Shown here: piece by piece, positions 57,760 to 64,000 of the stretch
Layout: the number at the start of each line of letters is the position of its first letter
How positions within the stretch are numbered: the first letter of the stretch is position 1
DNA from: Lentisphaeria bacterium
GTDB taxonomy: Bacteria > Verrucomicrobiota > Lentisphaeria > JABSQK01 > JAWLHB01
Assembly (NCBI GenBank): GCA_041690595.1
Contig: JAWLHB010000004.1
Location: 1-64,000, forward strand
Length of the DNA: 64,000 nt
Direction of reading: 5' to 3'
Notes under the pieces: generated by a model
The model's database searches: none
Told to the model about the DNA's origin: nothing
What the model saw: only the letters and a program-made list of their open reading frames with translations
Position numbers and translations under genes: made by a program

Positions 57760-58950
57760 ATGTCGACTGCCCACCATCAACCCGATCTCCTCCGCGCCTT
57801 TACGCTCTTCCAGCAACACTGCGAGCAGCTGGAAGAGTCCCATGTCGCGCTCAAGGAACAGCTGCGCAGCGCCGAGCGCGAACTGCAGCAGCGTCATGAA
57901 GAATTGCGCCAACGGGTTCGCCAGATCGAGTTGATGCGCGACCGACTCGATGCCATCCTGGAGACCATCGACGATGCGGTCTTCCTCATTGACCAGGCCG
58001 GCCAGATCGACACCGCCAACTCCGCCGGTCGGGATCTCCTCGCCACCATCGAACCGGAAGACTCCCTCCTCGACACGGCACCGCTTGACCAATGGCTGGC
58101 TGCCCCGGAGCCCGTAAAGGATGGTGAGCTGGCACTTACCGTGCGCGCCGGGCGACGCCATTACCTGGCATCCGTACTCCCCGTGCGCCAGCGGCGCGCC
58201 CGGGTTCAGGGACGAGTCGTTCTCCTCAAGGACATCACCGTTTATCGGCAGCTCGAACAGCGCCTGGCTCGCGAAGATCGTCTCTCCGCGCTGGGACGCG
58301 TGGCGGCAAGTGTCGCGCACGAAGTCCGCAACCCTCTCGGCGCCATCGAAGGTTTCGCCAGGCTGCTCCAAAGCGATCTCAAGGAACAGCCCCGTTCCGC
58401 CGACCTCGCCGACAAGATCGTCCGCGCCGCCCGTCAGCTCAACACCGTGGTGAGCAACCTGCTCTCCTATACCCGCGACATGTCCGTCAAGCAGGAGCCG
58501 GTGGAGTTGGGCATGCTGCTGCGCGAGCTCGCCTCCTTCTATGCCGCCACCGCCACGGATCTGCGCATCCAACTGTCCGTGCAGCTCCCCGAGGAGCCCC
58601 TCACCGTCGCCGGCGATACCGGACAACTGCGTCAGGCCCTCACCAACCTGCTGATCAACGCCATGGATGCCTGCCCGATTCGCGGCAATGGCCAGGTATG
58701 CCTGACCGCCGCACGCCAGGGCAACGAGATCCAGCTCCGCGTCATCGACAATGGTTGCGGCATGAGCGAGGAAGTGGCCGCCCATATTTTCGAACCTTTC
58801 TTTACCTGCAAGGATGGGGGCATCGGCCTCGGTCTTGCCCTCAGCCAGCGCATCGTGGAGATGCACCATGGCTCCTTGTCCGTAACCTCCCGGGAGCACC
58901 ATGGCACCACCATGACCTGTGCTTTCCCCTTGCCAGGAGTTCACCCATGA
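57760..58950 (+). CDS. PAS sensor histidine kinase, FleS/FlrB-like
   Basis: N-terminal 'AFTLFQQHCEQLEESH..L' coil typical of FleS/FlrB; AHEVRNPLG, NLLINA, DNGCG, EPFFT, GIGLGL. Confidence 0.88.
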   Translation: MSTAHHQPDLLRAFTLFQQHCEQLEESHVALKEQLRSAERELQQRHEELRQRVRQIELMRDRLDAILETIDDAVFLIDQAGQIDTANSAGRDLLATIEPEDSLLDTAPLDQWLAAPEPVKDGELALTVRAGRRHYLASVLPVRQRRARVQGRVVLLKDITVYRQLEQRLAREDRLSALGRVAASVAHEVRNPLGAIEGFARLLQSDLKEQPRSADLADKIVRAARQLNTVVSNLLSYTRDMSVKQEPVELGMLLRELASFYAATATDLRIQLSVQLPEEPLTVAGDTGQLRQALTNLLINAMDACPIRGNGQVCLTAARQGNEIQLRVIDNGCGMSEEVAAHIFEPFFTCKDGGIGLGLALSQRIVEMHHGSLSVTSREHHGTTMTCAFPLPGVHP

Positions 58951-60338
58951 TCGATCGCGTCCTGATTGTCGATGACGAACTGCTCACCCGCCAGTTGCTT
59001 ATGGAAGTGGTGCGACGGCAGGGCATCGACGTTGTCGACGCTGCCTCCGGAGAAGAAGCCATCGAGCTGCTCGAAAAGCAGGATTTCCAGATGGCCTTCG
59101 TCGACATGAAGATGGGCAAGCTGAATGGCCTCGACGTCCTGCGCGTCGCGCGCCAGCGCTGCCCCCGGATGCTGGTCACCATCGTCACGGCCTACGGCAC
59201 CGTCGATCAGGCAGTCACCGCCATGCAACTGGGCGCCTTCGACTTCATCATCAAGCCATTCTCTCCCGATCAGGCCGAGATCCTCCTCGTGAAGGGACGG
59301 CAATGGCTGCAGATGCACGCCCAGCAGGAATACCTCCAGAACGAACTGGTCGATGCCGGTCGCAGCATGAAGCCGATTGTCGGCGCCAGCTCCGCCATCA
59401 CCGGCGTTCAGCGGCTCATCGAGCGGGTGGCACAGACGCGGGCCACCGTCCTGATCTGCGGCGAGAGCGGGACCGGCAAGGAACTCGTGGCGGCCGAAGT
59501 GCATCGTCTCTCCGATCCCGGCGGTAAGGCCCCCTATATCCGCATGAACTGCGCGGCCGTACCGGAAAACCTCCTCGAAAGCGAACTCTTCGGCCACGAA
59601 AAAGGGGCCTTCACCGGCGCCACCGAGCGGCGCATTGGCCGCTTCGAACTGGCCGACGGCGGAACCCTGCTGCTCGACGAGATCAGCGAAATCAGCATCG
59701 GCATGCAGGCCAAGCTCCTGCGGGTTCTGCAGGAGTCGGAGTTCGAGCGGGTCGGCGGTACGCGCACCATCAAGGTCGATGTGCGCGTCATCGCCACCAC
59801 CAATCGGCGACTCCAGCAGGAGGTCAAGGCCGGCAATTTCCGCGAGGATCTCTACTACCGCATCAATGTCTTTCCCATTCAACTGCCCGCCTTGCGCGAA
59901 CGCGGCAGTGACGTGGAACAGCTCGCCGCCCATTTCCTGTCGCGTCAGGCGACAAAGCTGCGGCGACCGCTGCGCTTCTCGGCCGAGGCGCTGGCCTGCC
60001 TGCGGCGCTATCCATGGCCCGGCAACATCCGGGAGCTGGAGCACGTCGTCGAGCGGCTCGCCATCCTGCAGGATGGCCCCCTCATCGAGGCGGATCACCT
60101 GCCTCCCGAAGTACGTGAAGTGGAGCTGCCCGCTCTCACCATGGCGGACGACCCGGACGGCGAATCCGCCACCAGCTTCAACCTGCGGGAGATCGAGCGT
60201 CAGGTCATCATGCGGGCCTTGGCCAGCACTGATGGCAATCGAACCCTGGCCGCGGAACTGCTTGGCTTCAGCGTCCGCACCTTGCGCAACAAGTTGCAGG
60301 AGTATCGCGATCAGGGGGCTCTCTCCGCCTGCGTCTGA
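58947..60338 (+). CDS. sigma54-dependent response regulator (REC-AAA+-HTH), FleR/FlrC-like
   Basis: GESGTGKE, ESELFGHEKGAFTGA, LLLDEI, FREDLYYR, WPGNIREL, Fis-type HTH GNRTLAAELLGFSVRTLRNKL. Confidence 0.93.
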   Translation: MIDRVLIVDDELLTRQLLMEVVRRQGIDVVDAASGEEAIELLEKQDFQMAFVDMKMGKLNGLDVLRVARQRCPRMLVTIVTAYGTVDQAVTAMQLGAFDFIIKPFSPDQAEILLVKGRQWLQMHAQQEYLQNELVDAGRSMKPIVGASSAITGVQRLIERVAQTRATVLICGESGTGKELVAAEVHRLSDPGGKAPYIRMNCAAVPENLLESELFGHEKGAFTGATERRIGRFELADGGTLLLDEISEISIGMQAKLLRVLQESEFERVGGTRTIKVDVRVIATTNRRLQQEVKAGNFREDLYYRINVFPIQLPALRERGSDVEQLAAHFLSRQATKLRRPLRFSAEALACLRRYPWPGNIRELEHVVERLAILQDGPLIEADHLPPEVREVELPALTMADDPDGESATSFNLREIERQVIMRALASTDGNRTLAAELLGFSVRTLRNKLQEYRDQGALSACV

Positions 60339-60367
60339 GTTTCACCTTTCAACCATGGTTCCGCAAC

Positions 60368-62647
60368 ATGAAGAGCAACGCCATCACCGACCAACCATGC
60401 ACGGACGCCACCGCGCTGCTGCATGAGGCGCTTCCCGCGCTGAACGAGTTCCAGCAGCTCTTCGCGGCTGCCCTGGAAGGCATCGACAACGGCCTGCGCG
60501 AGGAGCCCACCAAAACCCTCGTCGGCTCTGTTCCCTACCTGATCCAGCTGGCCGAATTCTGCGAACAGGCTGCCGCGGATGCACCGCCGCTGGCAAGCGG
60601 CCTGAACGACTTCAACCGCGACCTCGAACAGGCATTCTCCCTTCTCCTCCAAGCGATTGAAAGCGGCGATATCGTCCATATTGCCGACATCGTCCGCTAT
60701 CGCATGCAGCCGCTCGTCGCCGGGGCAATTGCCTTCTTTGCAGTGCCGGAGACGCCGCGTTCTCCTCTGCTGCCGCCGCTTCCGGCAGCTGTGCCGAAGC
60801 CCTCGATGGCCATGCTGAAGGCCAACCTGGAGGCCCTTAACGACACCTTCTTCGGCGGTATCAAATGCGCCGATATCCTGGCCGCCTTCACCCGGCCAGC
60901 GCCAGTCACGGCCGATGCCCAGGGCTGGCGCCTGGCCGCCATTCAGGATGAGCCGGCGCACCTTCTGCACAGCCTTATCGATCCGCGACAGGAAGCCGAT
61001 CTTGCCGTTGCCGCCTGGCAGCGAAGTCAGCAGGTGCTTCCCAACGGCATTGTACTGCTGATCGGGGCGGGCGCCCTCTATCAACTCGAAGCACTGGTCC
61101 GGGCACTTGGCGACAAGGGGCGCTTTGCCGTTGTCGAACCTTCCCTCGAAGCCCTCGCGCTCGCCCTGGCTTCACGTGACCTCACTGCCCTGGCCACCCT
61201 TCAGGGACGACTGGTCTTCCTCTCCATGCCCGACACGGAGAGCCTGGGGCGCGACTTCTACACTCTGCTGCGCAACTCGCCGGAGATGGAAGTGCACTTG
61301 TATCCATTGCATGCCTGGCGGCATGCGCGGGAGGCGTTGTACGAAGAGGTGGCGGAGTGCCTGGTGGCGCAAGCGCGCGCCGAAGCCAGCAACCGCATCA
61401 CCCTCGCGGCATTCAGCGATGAATGGCAGCAGAACGCCATCGTCAACCTGCCGCAACTCTGCCGGGAACCCAGCGTTCGCTCCCTCTTCAAACGCTTCGA
61501 AGGTTGCGCCGCCCTGGTAGTGGCCGCCGGGCCCACCCTCAACGACTCCCTCGACGTCATCCGCGAGCTGGCGCCGCGCTCTCTCGTCATTGCCGTCGGC
61601 ACGGCCTTGCGCCCGCTCCTGGCCGCCGGCATTCGCCCCCACATCGTCGTCCATTTGGACAGCGATCCCATCACCATACAGCAATTCCAGGGGATCGACA
61701 CCGAAGGCATCTATCTCGTCTCGGCGGTATCGGTCTTTCCCCCCATCGTGAAACAATTCACCGGACGGATCTTCTCCTTCAGCGAGACCCTCAACTCGTT
61801 CGGCTGCTGGTTGCAGGACATCGGCGCCTGCATCGGGCCCCTCTCTATTGGCGGCACCGTCTCCCTGTCCGCCATCGACCTGGCCATTCTCCTGGAGTGC
61901 TCCCCCATCGTCACCTTCGGCCTGGATCTGGCACTGAAAGAGGATGGTACCAGCCACGCTGCCAACTCCATGTACGACGGCGTCACCGGACACGTCGGCA
62001 ATTTCGTCAGGATCCCCGGCAACTGGCAGGAGACTGTGCTCAGCACCCGCCAGTTCGCCGGCTACGTACAGATCATCGCCAACTACATCAACATGGTCCG
62101 CCAGCATCGCATTCCCGCCTTGTACAATGCCACCACCGGGGGCGCACGGCTCCCGGAGATCCCCGCAATCAGGCCGGACGAAGCCGCCGAGCTGGTTCTC
62201 GCGGCGCAACCGGTCGACGCCCCCTGTCGCCTCCAGCAGATCAGCCTGGACGCGCCCCGCCCCGTGCCGGCTGTCGTGATTCAGGCCATGCAGGACGTTC
62301 TGCATGAGTTGGGCCAGTTGCACGCTCTCGGCACCCGCGCCATGCGCATGTGTACCCGGCTTGGACGCCTTCCGCGCGAGCAGGCCCGAATCTTGCGAAA
62401 GCTGGAGAGAATCGACCGCCAGCTCAAGGAAAATGCTGCCGGCCTGTTGCTGGTGGATGGCGCCATCACGGGAGCTTGCATGCACCTGCAACGGAAGCTG
62501 AACGAGGAGGAAGAAATGGATCACAGTTTCGAGCACAGCCGGGCGCTGTACCAGCAGATCGCCGGCGCCGCCGACTGGCTTCGGGGCCTGATGAGCGCCG
62601 CACTCACCGATTACGAGACGCTACATGCAGGAGACAGGGATGCTTAA
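60368..62647 (+). CDS. maf: Motility-associated factor (Maf, DUF115) flagellin glycosyltransferase
   Basis: LHSLIDPRQEA, VVAAGPTL, GIRPHIVV.LD, GGTVS...LAILL..SPIVTFGLDL, NATTGGARL; next to fliS. Confidence 0.85.
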   Translation: MKSNAITDQPCTDATALLHEALPALNEFQQLFAAALEGIDNGLREEPTKTLVGSVPYLIQLAEFCEQAAADAPPLASGLNDFNRDLEQAFSLLLQAIESGDIVHIADIVRYRMQPLVAGAIAFFAVPETPRSPLLPPLPAAVPKPSMAMLKANLEALNDTFFGGIKCADILAAFTRPAPVTADAQGWRLAAIQDEPAHLLHSLIDPRQEADLAVAAWQRSQQVLPNGIVLLIGAGALYQLEALVRALGDKGRFAVVEPSLEALALALASRDLTALATLQGRLVFLSMPDTESLGRDFYTLLRNSPEMEVHLYPLHAWRHAREALYEEVAECLVAQARAEASNRITLAAFSDEWQQNAIVNLPQLCREPSVRSLFKRFEGCAALVVAAGPTLNDSLDVIRELAPRSLVIAVGTALRPLLAAGIRPHIVVHLDSDPITIQQFQGIDTEGIYLVSAVSVFPPIVKQFTGRIFSFSETLNSFGCWLQDIGACIGPLSIGGTVSLSAIDLAILLECSPIVTFGLDLALKEDGTSHAANSMYDGVTGHVGNFVRIPGNWQETVLSTRQFAGYVQIIANYINMVRQHRIPALYNATTGGARLPEIPAIRPDEAAELVLAAQPVDAPCRLQQISLDAPRPVPAVVIQAMQDVLHELGQLHALGTRAMRMCTRLGRLPREQARILRKLERIDRQLKENAAGLLLVDGAITGACMHLQRKLNEEEEMDHSFEHSRALYQQIAGAADWLRGLMSAALTDYETLHAGDRDA

Positions 62648-63026
62648 CGGACGCCGCAATGGGTATACCGAGGTCAAGATTCGGACTGCCGGCCCGGGGG
62701 AGCGCGTGGTCTTGTTATATTCCGCGATCGTCAAGCACCTCAACCTGGCCATGCGAGCCTTCGAACTGCCCAGAGCGGATGGCTGCGAAGCGATCCACGC
62801 CAACCTGGCCCTGGCTGGCCAGATCGTGGTGGAGTTGCGCCTGGCATTGGATCATCAGCAGAACGCCGAGCTGGCCCAGACCCTCGAGAACCTTTACGTC
62901 TACTGGGAACGCGAGATCTCCGATGCCAACGTCAACAAGGATCCCACGGGACTTCCACAGATCCTCCAGATGGTCGACTCCCTGCGCGATACCTGGCAGC
63001 GCGCTGTCAACGGTGTCCCCGCATGA
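62640..63026 (+). CDS. fliS: Flagellin chaperone FliS
   Basis: TAGPGERVVLLY, IVVELRLALD, ELAQTLENLYVY, LRDTW. Confidence 0.92.
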   Translation: MLNGRRNGYTEVKIRTAGPGERVVLLYSAIVKHLNLAMRAFELPRADGCEAIHANLALAGQIVVELRLALDHQQNAELAQTLENLYVYWEREISDANVNKDPTGLPQILQMVDSLRDTWQRAVNGVPA

Positions 63027-63376
63027 AGACGACCACCCCGCCCTTTATTCTGCGTTATCGATCTCTCATCGATGAGCTGAATGATGCCATCGGCGCACGC
63101 GACTTCCAACGCTTTCGCCACCTCTGGATCGAGAGCCGCCAACTCTGGCCCCTCGTCCGGCGGGAAATCAACACCGGCGTCAGCGACGAAGAGACCCTTC
63201 GCGAAGCCCATGCCCAGATCGAGTCGCTGGCGCGGAAGTTGCGATCATGGCAGGAAGCAACCCGCGAACGTCTCCAGGAGCTTCGCCAGCAGCGCCAGCG
63301 GCGTCGCCAAGTCGCAAAGTCTTACGGAACACTATCTTCCGGCAGCGGAAATCACATCACCATCAACATAAGGTAG
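63023..63376 (+). CDS. FliT-like helical protein (putative)
   Basis: 117 aa, helical, directly after fliS with ATGA overlap; ends in a 'VAKSYG' motif. Confidence 0.5.
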   Translation: MKTTTPPFILRYRSLIDELNDAIGARDFQRFRHLWIESRQLWPLVRREINTGVSDEETLREAHAQIESLARKLRSWQEATRERLQELRQQRQRRRQVAKSYGTLSSGSGNHITINIR

Positions 63377-63382
63377 CGCCAG

Positions 63383-63670
63383 GTGAGTCCACAGGAATTC
63401 TACTCTCGCCGCATCGAAACGCGCCACATCATCAGTGGCCAGCGCCGCCTCACCGGAAGAAAGCCGCACCTGGAACGGTACTCGCGCATCATCCGTCGGG
63501 AAGATGTGCGCCTTCAGGCCGGGCGCGTCCGCCTGGTGGGCGGCGAGCCTGACGACCTCACGGTAGTCGAATCTCCGGCTGTCGTCCTCGAACAGGACCA
63601 TGGCCGACTGGTGCGCATTATCGTCACCTGCCCCTGTGGGCGTCATGCGGAGCTTGCATGTGAAGAATAA
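63383..63670 (+). CDS. Small hypothetical protein with C-terminal CPCG-x6-C motif
   Basis: Fills the gap between operon genes; RIIVTCPCGRHAELACEE. Confidence 0.65.
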   Translation: MSPQEFYSRRIETRHIISGQRRLTGRKPHLERYSRIIRREDVRLQAGRVRLVGGEPDDLTVVESPAVVLEQDHGRLVRIIVTCPCGRHAELACEE

Positions 63671-64000
63671 TCCAGACATCGGTGCCACCACTACCACTGC
63701 TTACTCACGCTTCAGCGACAAATCCGACCTTAGCGTCCTGGTGATCAGCGCGCAGGCCCCCGTGCGGCTCACCATCGGCAGATACCTGCAGGGCAGAGGC
63801 AACCAGATGCATCTCGCCAAGACGGGGCGCGAGGCCACCGACATCGATGCCGCCTACATGGTCGACCTGATCATCGTCGATGCACCTCTCCCCGACATGC
63901 CTCTCACCGAAATGCTGACAACCATTCGCGAAAGACGACGCCTGATGCGGGACATCGTAGACAGCAATATCGTCCCCAGCATCGTCGTCAGCCAGCAGCG
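63660..64000 (+). CDS. Atypical receiver-domain protein, 3' partial
   Basis: Not in the ORF track. From GTG at 63660: ...LSVLVISAQAPVRLTIGRYLQGRG...AKTGREA...VDLIIVDAPLPDM..., open to the window end. Confidence 0.65.
   Translation, partial: MKNNPDIGATTTTAYSRFSDKSDLSVLVISAQAPVRLTIGRYLQGRGNQMHLAKTGREATDIDAAYMVDLIIVDAPLPDMPLTEMLTTIRERRRLMRDIVDSNIVPSIVVSQQ

Overview
GC-rich bacterial scaffold, probably a metagenome assembly (one 100-N gap at 14470-14569). Gene content suggests the PVC superphylum, possibly Lentisphaerae-like, but this is inference only. Bases 1-1.5 kb hold the 3' end of an RHS polymorphic toxin with an LHH-type nuclease tip and its SUKH/SMI1 immunity gene, followed by probable IS debris. 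Bases 2-38 kb are mixed housekeeping and catabolic genes: tsaE, dapA/dapB, ridA, an MlaE/F/D-PqiC MCE transporter, a sulfatase, a CocE hydrolase, an Fe-S D-lactate dehydrogenase, an OSBS/NAAAR enzyme, PAS histidine kinases, GntR-LacI regulators, a heparinase II/III-like protein, and a Schlafen/AlbA_2 protein with a 12-bp tandem-repeat linker. Bases 38-64 kb form a flagellar region. It contains a REC-Ser/Thr kinase and an HDOD gene, a nonulosonic-acid operon (neuA-neuB-neuC plus an ATP-grasp/HAD fusion), and fliF-G-H-I-J-motE-like-fliK. A further operon holds LysM, CheY-like, membrane-anchored TPR, FlgN-like, FleS/FleR-like, Maf glycosyltransferase, fliS, FliT-like and small Cys-motif genes. 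Four GG-N10-GC sigma54 promoter motifs sit directly upstream of these units. The best novelty candidates are the flagellin-glycosylation module with its unusual tailoring enzyme and the uncharacterised sigma54-linked accessory genes. No RNA genes or CRISPR arrays were recognised.
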